Assembly (NCBI GenBank): GCA_000320545.1
Contig: ADNK01001441.1
Coordinates: 1-37,637, forward strand
Length of the DNA: 37,637 bases
Direction: 5' to 3'
Origin: Bigelowiella natans CCMP2755
Lineage: Eukaryota; Protista; Cercozoa
Numbering within the stretch: position 1 is the first letter of the stretch; each line of letters begins with the position of its first letter. A program made the translations under genes and the position numbers. Under the pieces are notes generated by a model. The model ran no database searches, was not told the origin of the DNA, and saw only the letters and a list, made by a program, of their open reading frames with translations. Positions 1-11,388 of the stretch are shown in pieces.

Positions 1-52
1 CCCCCCCCCCCCCCTCGTATTCTCCCCGTCGTCGTTGTCGCCGATGCAATAG

Positions 53-532
53 GAGGGAGGAAAGGAGGTGCTGGAGTGGCTGAATGAACTAACAGCACGA
101 GTAGCCGAGGCCACTGACGGGTCAAGTCATACCGCTGAAGCAGCACTCCAGGGCCTCTTGCTCACGCTGCCGCACATACAGCCGCTCCCCTGCGAGGTAG
201 GAGGAAACAACTTTGAGCATCATCATCATCATCACTATCATCATCAACACCATAACCCTCATGAGCGCATAATAACTGTATGCCTTATTCGTCGTTGTGA
301 GGTACCGGGCGACGACGACGGAGTCGAGCACGTTCATCACGTAGCATCAGGGGTAGCTGCGCTGATGGAGCGCCACAACGCAGAGCGCATCTACTCGTGC
401 GGGCAGCAGCACCAGGCTGCAATGACGCTGCAAAGTAGCGGGCCGAAATACGCATTGATTTGTCCGTCAGCTGGTGCTGATAGTGATGGGAAAGATCTTG
501 CAAGTCGTTATTGCTGGGTTATCCAAGACTAG
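53..532 (+). CDS. 3' end (last exon or two) of a hypothetical protein, partial
   Basis: Acceptor caatag|GAG at 53 opens EGGKEVLEWLNELTARVAEA...LPCE. Donor GAG|gtagga at 197 precedes an in-frame (CAT)n-containing segment (probable 105-nt intron, 197-301). The frame then reads VPGDDDG...RYCWVIQD to TAG at 530-532. No family recognised. Confidence 0.5.
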   Translation, partial: EGGKEVLEWLNELTARVAEATDGSSHTAEAALQGLLLTLPHIQPLPCEVGGNNFEHHHHHHYHHQHHNPHERIITVCLIRRCEVPGDDDGVEHVHHVASGVAALMERHNAERIYSCGQQHQAAMTLQSSGPKYALICPSAGADSDGKDLASRYCWVIQD

Positions 533-1609
533 GAGCTGTGTAATATAATTCGACATGACAGCCCACATGACGTTTCATAGCGAAAATCATTTTCATGTTT
601 ATATGATGCATATGGCAGCGGTAGCAGCTTGCTACATACGTTCCAATGCAATGTTCGTCTTTTCCTTTGTATAGTAGCTAGCGCATTACTGCATGCCGAC
701 GATATAGCGAAAACATAACGGGTACGTACTATCTTGATGCAATCGATTGTTGGATTTAAAAGATGAAGACATGGAATAATAATATCTAGAATATATCTGA
801 TGCATGTATGAGACAAATGTAATGATGTGGTTAATTTTTTTCAACAGTCATCATAATACAGCTGTGCAAAGCAGCGGCTACAGCACATGATGCATGCGCG
901 TGTGTGCGTATGTGTGTAGCTACAAAGTCATCTTTTACTTGCAGCGAAGCGGTTATTAGCTGTCGTACGTGCTAGCGTGAAATGTAAGACGGATGTAATT
1001 AATCAGTTAAATTTGTTCAATCAATGGTCATTCTTATGTATATGTAGCTATATAATGTAGCGGTTACAGCGCAAATGTTGAATCGCGTTGGGTTTCGCTA
1101 TGAAGTGATTGCATGCAATATCAAATGCATATTGTGATGGTACGGTCTGGAATATGTCGCGCATCTCGCGCAGCAGTTCGTGTTCGTTCCCTTCTCATCA
1201 CATTTCAATATTTTCGTTTCGTCGTCGCGCATCACTATATGGCATTGAACTAGTTCCTCAAGCGGCGTTGATGTGTGGCGTGCAGTGTGCATTGCAACCA
1301 CCATAGCAGAAGCTTCTTTCTAGACATGTAGTTGCCTTTCTTTGCGTCATAATACACAATGCAATGCGTACAATCATACATGTACAGGCCTAGACACACA
1401 AATAAGCACGCGATCGACGTGTAAGACATGATGAACATCTTTTCGCATGACTTGACTCAAAAAAAAAATGTGCAACCATGCCAGATGTATCACACATTTG
1501 ACCACGCGTCCTAGGGTAGTTGTAGTGGGCGACATGCAAAGATCGATGCGAATGGCGTGGCCTCTCGCAGAGAACTGATGAAGGGCAATCGTAATGCAGC
1601 CGACTACAC

Positions 1610-3072
1610 TCAAATAGCAACGCTATCCCCAAGCGCTACGGAGCCAACTTCGAAACCTCCCGCCATAGAATGGTTGACCGACGACTCCTTGATGTCGGAA
1701 AGAGGATCATTCCCACTTCGCCCGTTCCTGCTAATTCGTGCGAGCGTTGCGGATTCCTCATCTAGTTTCTCGTCGATAGTCTCGTATGAAGCCATTGCCC
1801 CCACCATGGGTAGTCTAGCAAGGGTTTCACGCGCGTTGATACCCTGCGTGCTGATTAGTCCCAAACGACCGTGATAGCTGGGCAATGCATTCTCGAGCCC
1901 GGATCGTTTACTGCTACGCGGCTTGGTCGAAGGCCGCCAGGGCCGAGACGAGGCACCACTATTGTTGTTATCATAGCTCCCACTCCTCGAGCCGTTGCCG
2001 TCCATGCTCTGCAAGGCGATGGAGTCTCTACTGTCATCGAGTGCGTAGCGGCTAGAGCCGGAACTGCCCACGCTACGCATGCTTCCGATGTCCGCCTTCT
2101 TGCGACCTCTCGGGGACTTTCTTGAGCCTGAGAAATTGATGGTGGTGGTGATGATGACGATGACGATGACGATGACGATGATGATGATGATGATGATGAT
2201 GATGGTGATGATGATGGTGATGATATTGGTGATCGTGATGACGAAAGTTTTAGTAACGACGATGCTGATGATGGTGCTCGATGCGACTCGAAGGAGGATT
2301 GCAACAAAATATCTATCAGATCTATGTCGCCGAGGGAGCAATGCAGCCATTCTCTTACTCCATTATAATCTCGCCCGTATTAACAAATATTGCACGCATT
2401 AACAACACAAGCGCAGTTCTCATGCTCGCGTATCTATCGATCCCACCTAGCGAGGTTGCGACCACTCTGTTGATGGTTTTCCAGTAAAGCTTGAGAAGCA
2501 CGCTGAGTGCTATCACCTATCGTCGTCATTGCATAGAGGGAAAATGATGGGGATGATACGCAAAAAGATGAATGACAACAAGAATCTCAAGCAAAAATCC
2601 AGACAAGTTATGTTCTTATTCCGTACGACTGCCTTCTCCTTTCGTGAAAAATACAAAGGAAAGGACACATGGATGGGCGCAGGTGGGAAGGGTGGGAGTG
2701 GGGGGGAGGGCAAGTGGTGCTCATTACCTCCGCTGTGTAGTAAACCCCTGTCATCACCATTAGAGTTTCATGCTGCCGATAAAAGATGGCTGATAAGACA
2801 AACATAGCGCCCTGAAGAAGATGACAGCCGCTGGTGGCCATGGCTCTGGTGCGAAACTTGGCCGCGTTTCTCTTCCGCTTGGCGAGCCCGGCTGCTCCGG
2901 CTCCGAGCATCATGTTGGAGATTCGCAGCCCGTAGAACATGATGCTGCATGTGAGCGCTGCATAGATCGAGGTCACGCACGTGCTCGGGTATATCGGGTT
3001 GGAAGTTGTGAAGGCGAAGTAGCCGAAGAGCGACCACGCAAGGGCCTGGGGGAGGAGAAAGAAGGGACATTA

Positions 3073-3109
<37 letters not shown>

Positions 3110-6100
3110 TATTTTTCATTCGGTGTATGAGTTATCCCTCTATGTTTGACCATCTATTAGCTATACCTCTCTTTCCCCCCCCCTCTCTCTCTCTCTCTCT
3201 CTCTTTTACCATTCCAAAAACGTTGACGATGATGTAGGTTCTCTTGACGTTCTCGAAGGGGTTCTTGGACAGCTTCTTGTTGTGCACGACCGACACCCAC
3301 TGGAACGCCGGGTAGGAAAACACCCAAAATAGTATAGAGTAGGGGAGGGCCAGCAGCACGAGGAGGTAGGCCGGGTGGACGTCGTCAGCCGCGGAGAAGG
3401 ACTTGGCTATACCAGAGAGGAGCAGCGAGGAGATAACCCGCAGCACTGATGTAGCAATAACGGCCATGTGCAAGAGCGTCCGCCACTCAGATAAATTAAT
3501 CTTGTTGGCGTTGTAGAGCCGCCACACCTGGTAGCTGGCGAAGCCACCAATTACGATGTAGAGAGCGGACGAGGCGATGTAGACATATCCAATTCGGCTG
3601 GGCTCCCCCTTTTTGTCGGGATCGTCCTCTCGGTCCTTGTCTCGGTGATGGGCAACGACTGCAAACTCGGTGAGGTGTGAGCACACGCACGCGGCGCTGT
3701 GGTTGTCGCGAGTGGCCGCAGTCGTGGTAGCCGTTGTCGCAGTACCCGTCGTCCAGTTCAGCCTGCAACCCTCGTCGCTGTACTTCGAGAGGCTCGAGTC
3801 CCAGAAGTAGCAGCCGGCGTCCTCCCTGGCCGCAGCAGAATTATCAAGCAACGGGATGATAATGGAAACAGACTGGCCCGGTGCAAATGTCGTCACGCGT
3901 TCATCGCTCGAGCGGGTGACACCATTGCTGCTTCCGTTGTTGGTAGACCCGCCACCGCTGCTCGCATTCCGGGTGTACAGATTCACTGAATTAAGGCTGG
4001 AAAGCATGCGACCCGCGCCGTCGTCGGCTTGGCTGGCCACAACAGCCGGACGACACAACCGCACCGCGGATACATTCGCAGCGATCGAGCTGATGGTGAT
4101 CCGTTGCTCTTCCCTTGTCGACGAGGGCGTCAGTGACGAAGAGGAGGACTGCGTGAGAGGAGGGACGACAACCGTTGTGTTTCCGACGGTTGCGTGTGCC
4201 GTGGCATCAGCGAATGCCTTAAGCGCTCCAGCCTGGAAGTTAGATGTGTCGTAAGTCACAGGGTCGCCCTCGGGTGGCAGCGCATTGCTCGCCAGTTGCA
4301 GCAGCCGGTCAAAGAGGTCTAGCACGCCGTTAACCGCTTGGCATTCTGGTGGACATTAGGAAAGAGGGGAGGGTACAATTGTTAGAAAAGTGAGAGCTCG
4401 GATTAGCTTCTCGCCGCAGCTTCTTGTGTGGCCGTTACATATAGAGTTACTTTCTCCATGTATGGCCGGCACATGCAAATGACGAGTGTGTGCCGTTTGT
4501 TATGCATCCTGCCATCTCCTCCCCTCTCCTCCTTCTCCTTCTCCTTTGGTGTTATCTCTTCATTAATTTTCACAAACCTGCGGAGATTGATCTCGATGCT
4601 GGAGTCTGAGTTGCAACTTGAATGGACGCGGCATGCCTAGAACGAACAGTTACTGGTCTGGACTCACCAGCATCTAGTGAGGAAGAAGAGAGGGAGAGGA
4701 GATTCGAGAGTGTTTGCGCGGTATTTCGCCCTCGTGGTGAGGTAGGGGAGAGCTCTTCTGGGTCGGCAGCTTCAAGGAGCAACCCAGTGGTGTTGGCGAG
4801 GCGTTCAATACTGTACGTGTAGAAGTAGAGCAGGATGGGATTAGTAGTGACATAGTAGTATTTTGGCTGTGGATTGTTGAATCGAGAGTGGGAAAGACTT
4901 TCGAATGGCTGCACAGATGGAGGAATGAACATGAGGGGACAAATGAAAAGCAAGCCAAATTGCACTTGGAAACACCGACACAGCCCCATCTACCCCCTCC
5001 TTCTACCCCCCCCTCCCTAACTTTCTCGCTTTCCCTCCCCTTCCCTTGCGTTATTGACCTCCTCGCAGAAGTGTTTGCAGAAGGAGAGGCCGTGAGTTCC
5101 GCCAAAGTCTGCGTTCCCTGTGCCCCTGCCCCCGATATCATGGTTGGAGACGCGGCAAGCGAGTTCATCTTGGTGTCCAAAACAGTCCATATGCTGCCTG
5201 CCAGATCTGCAATGAGCTTCGTTGTGGCGGTCGCCGTGCCGGACGTGCCCTGACCCTCTACTATCGTAGCGAGGTTTCCTTCGCACGCGCTAATTCTAAC
5301 GATGGAATCCGAGGGGATGAGCTGCGCCTGTGGTTGTAAGGGAAGAGTGGTGAGTAAGGTCAGGACACCGTGCTTTGGGCGACGATACAGAAGTGTAAAG
5401 AGAGAGAGAAAGAGATAAGTATGTGGGGAAGAAGACGGGGGGGGGGTTACTAGTTCACAGTGATGATAGTGCAGATCACAGCAGCAATGACTAATTTTCT
5501 CCAAAGCATCATCATCCAGAAGCGTGCGTGCATGCGCGCGGCACCCACAATATCAAGGCTATAGCCGATCGTGCGCAGCGCATCGGTGAAGCGCTCCTCG
5601 AGCTCCAGTGCAAGTAGCATCTCCGTCACCGCATCTGCTACATGAAGCTGGCTGCTCTGCGAAGGTGGCAACGTGCTTGAGCTGTCAATTACAGCCCTCA
5701 ACTCGGTCACGGCGGCATGCGTGCGATTGCACTCCAGCTGTCTTCGAGCGACCGGGTCCGAGGACCCCCCCCCCCCCTGTCCAGCATCGTCATTGGAGAC
5801 AGGAGTCGTAACGGCCACACCGCTTACAGAGCGTGAGGCTTCTCCGCCGATGGCATCTCTTACTATCGTGAGCAGTGTAAGGTTCCCAGCTGGTAATGTT
5901 AGGGTTAGAACATTGCTGGAGGCGAAGCTGGAGAGCAGCTGGAGGGAGGAGCTCTCTTTCGCCAGCCGGTGGCCAAACAGGTAGCGGAGGGGCAGGAGAT
6001 CAGAGCTCGCAACGGTCTCGAGCTGAAAGCTCTGGGAATAGGCGCGCCCGGTCGGCGGCGTGACCGTGAGCGACGCTATGTCAGGAACGGACGCTATGGT

Positions 6101-9100
6101 GACTGAGGTGGACGCCCCGGCGGTGGTGCCCGCCAGCACATCTGTGACTCCCACGGTGAAAGTGAAAGTGCCTACACCGAGCTGGCTAGCTTGGATCTGG
6201 AGCGTCGCGCGCGATGGAGTGTTTACGGTGCTTATTGCCCCCCCCCCCGCGGCTGCCGTCACGGACCAGTTGTAAATCATCCTCCCGCCCCTCAGGGCAG
6301 CACTGCTGCTGTACGCATCCGCGATAATATGGAGATTTCCGGAGACACTGAGGACGCTCGGGTGCTCACGTAGAGCTACATCAGGCACCGCCCCTGGCCG
6401 AACCACTAGCATCGCTGACGTCGTCGCCGTACGATTTACCCACTCGGTGCCGACCGAGTAGTTCAGGGAGAGACGGAGGGTGTGACCCGCTTGCATCAGG
6501 CTGGCGCTGAGCTCCGGCCGCGAGGAGAGGCGAGACGAAAGGCCGAACAGGCAGGATTCCCATGGGGATCCTGCAGCGCGTCGCTCGCACGACCAGAGCC
6601 ATGCAGCTTCTCCTCCCCGTGCAAAATCCGGATCGTAAGACCCCGACCCATCGAGCTGATACGGCTCTCCTGCCCTCACATCCCTCACAGCCCCACCGCC
6701 AATGACGGCCACCAGTGGCGACGCGAGCGTCTGCACGGTCAAGTTTACAGCAAAGTATGGCCGGTCGTTGCCGTACGCACTCCTCATGTCCGCCTTGAAC
6801 TGGAGGACGTACTCCCTGGAGGCGGTGAGGGCACCGGGGGGAGATAGAGGTCGCGTCCAGTTGTCGTTACCGCCCCTCTCGTCAACACCGCTGACCAGGG
6901 GACGGGATAGACGAGACCGTCGCGCGATTTTGCGTAGAGTTTCCATGCGTAAGAAAAGGACGCTCGTTGCCCTGCCGTGATGTTACGAGGATCGGGGTGG
7001 CTTATGTGGGCCTGAATCCATGCTTCAGCGCTCGGGCGGAAGGGTTCAGGAGCTTCAACAGTGATAGCGGGCGAGGGGCGGTGATAGATCGTCGCGGTCT
7101 GTGGCTTACAAACAGTGACCTGCATCCCATTGAACAACGCACACGCATGAATCAGCAGCTCGCTTGACGGCTGACCACCAAGTATCATAGTCAAATTCCT
7201 CGACGTCAACGTCAGCTGCGAGGAGGTGCTGATGGGGGAGCTGCCTTCTGGATCATATCGCCACCACATGGACGAAACGGGGTAAGTCTTGCAGAGAGCT
7301 TCCATGCGGAAGGTCAACGTCGCGTGCGCCCACCCTGAGGAAGGACCTTGCACTTGGATGCAGTCCCTCAGAACCTCTAGAGCGACCGCTGATGGAGAGC
7401 TCGTCGCCGGCGCTGCTGTGACTGGGCTGGAAGTGGTAGGTACTACCGTGCCGGGCGAGGAGGTGGCAGGCGCCACAGTAGCTGGTGAGGCTGTAATGGG
7501 TGAGGCGGTGGGAGCGCTAGTAACCGGCGAGGTCGTGTAGGTGAGGGGGGCCGAACTAGGGGAGGGGGAGGGGGCAATGGAGGGTGAGCAGGAGGGCGTA
7601 GAAGAAGGCGCATTGGAACTCGCCGCTGGCGCTGCTGTGACTGGACTGGAAGTGATAGGTGTTCCCGTGCCGGGCGAGGAAGTGACAGGCGAGGTCGTGT
7701 AGGTGAGGGGGGCGGAACTAGGGGAGGAGGAGGGGGTGGCAGAGGGAGAGCAAGAGGGCGTAGAAGAAGGCGCAATTGAATGTGGAGAGGAGGAGGGGGT
7801 GGCAGAGGGTGAGCAAGAGGGCGCAGAAGAAGGCGCATTTGAATGCGGAGAGGAGGAGGAGGGGGTGGTGGAGGGTGAGCGGGAGGGCGCAGAAGAAGGC
7901 GCATTTGACTGCGGAGAAGTGGATGGAGCATTTGAATGTGGAGAAACTGTGGTCGGGGTGCGCGTGACTTCGACCGTTTTGTAGGATACGAACAGCTCGC
8001 GCACCTCTGTTGCATTGAGCGGAACGTCGTAGATCATCACGTCGTCTATCCACCTGTACATGCATATTTGGATATAATCTTATATATATTTTTTACGCAA
8101 GTAAGTACATGTGTATGTGTCTTGCAACAGATTAGCGGGTAATTGCGGGCGGCAGGTTTGCAGCCAGGGAGAAAACGGGAAAGGGACAGAAGAATCATGA
8201 AAACAAGGAAGATTATTCCGAACAAAGGGAAGGAAACGAAGGGAAGGACTACTAGATGCACTCGGACAGAAAGATCGAGTGCAACAGTATCGTTTGTCAT
8301 CGTCGTCGTACTCCTCACATGATGTACCCGTTGAAATCGCCGTGGTCTCTCCCCTCTCGCTGCCCAATCTCGAGCGGGCCAGTATCATTGAACAACGCCT
8401 CCCCCGGTGAGTTGGCGACAGTCTGCGTGACCTCGCCATTGAAATAGAAGACGGATTCGCCTGTCGTCACGTTGAAGGTTCCCACGAAATGGTTCCAATT
8501 CGTAACCTCTCTCTCGGGGACCATTACGCATGAATTATCGGTCCACGAACCACCAACCCTGAAGACCAAGAAGCAGATGTTGCGGGAGTTTGTGCTAGTG
8601 CTTCCGAGGATATAAGCCGTGTATTTGCTCACGAGCTGCATGAGGCCAGGGTACATATTGGGGACTGCGGACTTCACCCAGGCCGCCACTGTCACTCCGT
8701 TTTTGGGCTGCGGGCCATGGGGAAAGCGCGCATAGCCAAGAGAGGAAGTGGAGTAGACGTCACTTGTCACGTTAGCTTCCACACGCAGCGCCCGTGAGTC
8801 AACCGAGCCCGCTGTGCGCGGTGTGGAGGCGACCCCGACGCCGTAGCCATTATATCGAGTCCCCGTACCAATGCTGGAATCGTTGTAATTGCCCTCGAAT
8901 TTGTACCACGCGAGAAGTTGCTCGTATTGTGGGGGCTGTGTGCCTACAAAACGGACGGATGCGTACGTGCAACATGACGCATGTATTTGTGGTAGGCCGC
9001 AGGTGCTTGTGGGGTTTCCTGGGCAGTTGAAGTAGGCTTGCAGCGAATCCCGGTAAAAGTAGCAATTTGCGCACGTCATTTGGACAGCCCCGTCTGCTTT

Positions 9101-9415
9101 TGAGCAGAGGCCCTGGCCATATTTCGCGCATTCTTTATGCGCATCTTCCAATGATGGACACGAAATCGATTGGCCAGTGCTGTTGGTGCATGGACGGTCA
9201 TTGACATCGAAGTACGGAGAGCGGTTGACCACCGTGGGTGAAGTCGTAGGTTCATTTGGAGAACTGGTCACGGGGGAGAGCGTGGATGGTGACGCCGTAC
9301 CATTGTAATGCCTGAAGCCTAGATAGTCAACGGACACGCAGTGGATTTCGCCGTTGTTATAGTTGTCGTTCGTGAACACGGCTCGGTAGCACTGAGGACA
9401 ACCATGAATGGTCAC

Positions 9416-9453
<38 letters not shown>

Positions 9454-10207
9454 TACCAATTATTAGTCAAAGCATCCTTCTTGCTCGTAGGTAACATTGT
9501 ATGCATAATTATCCACTTTACGAGGGTGGGTGCGCCTGCACGCGTGTATGCGTACGTTTTGCAGACTGAGAACTAGGAGAGGCACGGGAAAAGCGCGAGA
9601 AATGATTTCACCTTGTAATCGACAGGATGCTGTAAGCTGAAAGTTCGCACTTCACCATCTCCCCACGCTACTTGCCTGTTATTCATGCGTCGGCATATCA
9701 TAGTCAGGAGGTATGAAGTGGACAACACGCATTAACATTTTGGTACGAAAACCAACGCCATTGTTGACTTCCACACCCTGCCAATAATTATTGTTCTAGG
9801 CAGTAGGTATTTTGTTAGGCGTAGAGAACACAAAAATGTTTTTCACTATATCCTGAAGCCAAGGAAAACACCGATGATTTTATTATCTGCTGCACGGTGT
9901 TTTCCTTGTACCATGCCGACAAAAAAACCACCATCGCTGTTTTCGAATTCCTGCTACGCAAACAAAAAGCTGAAAGAAGCACAAGCTATTACTAACATCT
10001 CCAAGAGCAGTGGAAAATGTACTCTATCTGACGGACCCTGTTCGTGAGTCGAGGGTATCCCAGTCTGTATTTGAATTGGGATCCCACAGATTTTTACAAT
10101 AAGACGCTCTGGAGCCTGATTAAAGAAATAAAGGATTCTCTGTGCACACGCGTAACGAATATTTCATATTTGTTGTGATAATGGCGAGCTTGGGCGTTGG
10201 AGTCATT

Positions 10208-10252
<45 letters not shown>

Positions 10253-10937
10253 CAATACACTGCGTTGGTGTGCGCAATAAGGTCACTAGAGGTTCCCACA
10301 AACATCACCTTGAAAGGTCCAGTCTTGAGGGGCGCGGTTACTATGTGATTGACCATAACGACTGAAAGCAATGAAATAGTCGGAAATAAACGTGTTCGAA
10401 GGGAACATCCAGGCCTAAGATTAGCGGTAGAATCCCATCAGCCGTTGTAGACTCAAAAAAATGAGAGAGGGTTGTGGTCAAATTAACCAGTGATTGAGCT
10501 TGCGTGTTAGTTCCGCAGGGGTTTGCTATCAAGCCGTCCTGTATGTCTCCATTGTTGAAGGTGGAACTCGCAAACGGTTCGCTATGTTTAGGCGAAGGAG
10601 AAGAAGAAAGAAGTGGTGCTGGAATGAGATATCAGACTGCATTGAAAATCTGACCAATTTTCGTTTGCTTATAAATTGGTATTTGGAGAGTGTACAATTA
10701 CTAAATGAAAAATTCCTAGTTTCTTTGCATCATCTACACAGGTATAGCGGAGGGACAGGAGTTATTGATAATTTCTTCCCTACCCACAAGATGGACATGT
10801 GGCAGCATCACACGCCGTGGAGCCCGTGCACAGATAGGCACCCGTCGCCTAAAAGACAGTTTCGAAGCTCGTTTTATGTGCTTGCATTTGTATCTGTGTA
10901 TGCTGTGCAATGTATGAATTGTGTGTGTGTGTGTGTG

Positions 10938-10990
<53 letters not shown>

Positions 10991-11099
10991 GTGAGTGAGA
11001 GAGATATATAGCATGTATTCATGCCTATTTGAATACCAGATGCGGAATCAAGAGGAGAATGCCGGTGGGAATCAGCCCTGTATCGCAGTTAGACGCCAT
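1610..11099 (-). CDS. Adhesion-GPCR/polycystin-like receptor: F5/8 type C-like, Cys-rich, LamG, S/T/P stalk, REJ, GAIN/GPS and 7TM; ~14 exons, ~2,200 aa
   Basis: Spliced manually. Start MASNCDTGLIPTGILLLIPHL (11099-11037). Discoidin-like RAPQDWTFQG...WDTLDSRTG|QVAWGDGEVRTFSL...YK|CYRAVF (~10415-9300). LamG LLAWYKFEGN...VTVAAWVK...WNHFVGTF...YFNG...FNG|WIDDVMIYDVPL (~8920-7990). REJ-type LVAVIGGG...LDGSGSYDPD...WSC and VTPPTG...DLLPLRYLF (6720-5970). GPS CYFWD...SDEGC...CVCSHLTEFAV (~3812-3655). Seven hydrophobic helices follow (~3590-2470), then a Ser-rich tail to TGA at 1610. Needs one frameshift correction at 6836-6841. The 5' exon boundaries are less certain. Confidence 0.85.
7440..7950 (-). 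repeat. Coding minisatellite encoding a mucin-like Ser/Pro/Thr stalk
   Basis: Repeated units GAGGGCGCAGAAGAAGGCGCATTTGAATG... on + encode SNAPSSAPSxSPS. The SPSSAPLTYTTSPVTS module occurs twice. Confidence 0.85.
10921..11003. repeat. (GT)n(GA)n compound microsatellite, representative of dozens of intronic SSRs in the window
   Basis: Read directly. Similar (CA)n, (GA)n, (TA)n, (CAT)n and (TAC)n tracts occur in most introns, e.g. 2150-2220, 15321-15355, 17186-17258, 31380-31418. Confidence 0.95.
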
Positions 11100-11388
11100 G
11101 GACGTTTCATGGTTACATTAATCCATCAGGATGTTGACACACGCAAAACCTCTGGACCTAATACCAGTATGAAAATGGACTACCTCGATTCCAGCTTGGA
11201 ACCATAGCTTTCCTCCCCCAATGCAATGATGCAGGGAGGCGTCCGAACTTGCTAGATCCGAACGACGAGCGTTATCAGAATGAGCGCTAGATTTTACTTA
11301 GATCTACCGGTAGTGACTTCCATTTCGCCTTTCTCCTCCTGCGACAACAAAATTTACCTGATTTCGCACACGAAAGGCATCGGTTTTA

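Noticed and set aside
1855-2402. Poly-Met, poly-Ser and poly-Ile ORFs, and the many similar ERERER, CVCVCV and YIYIYI ORFs across the window
   Set aside because: They are translations of intronic microsatellites or of the antisense strand of real exons.
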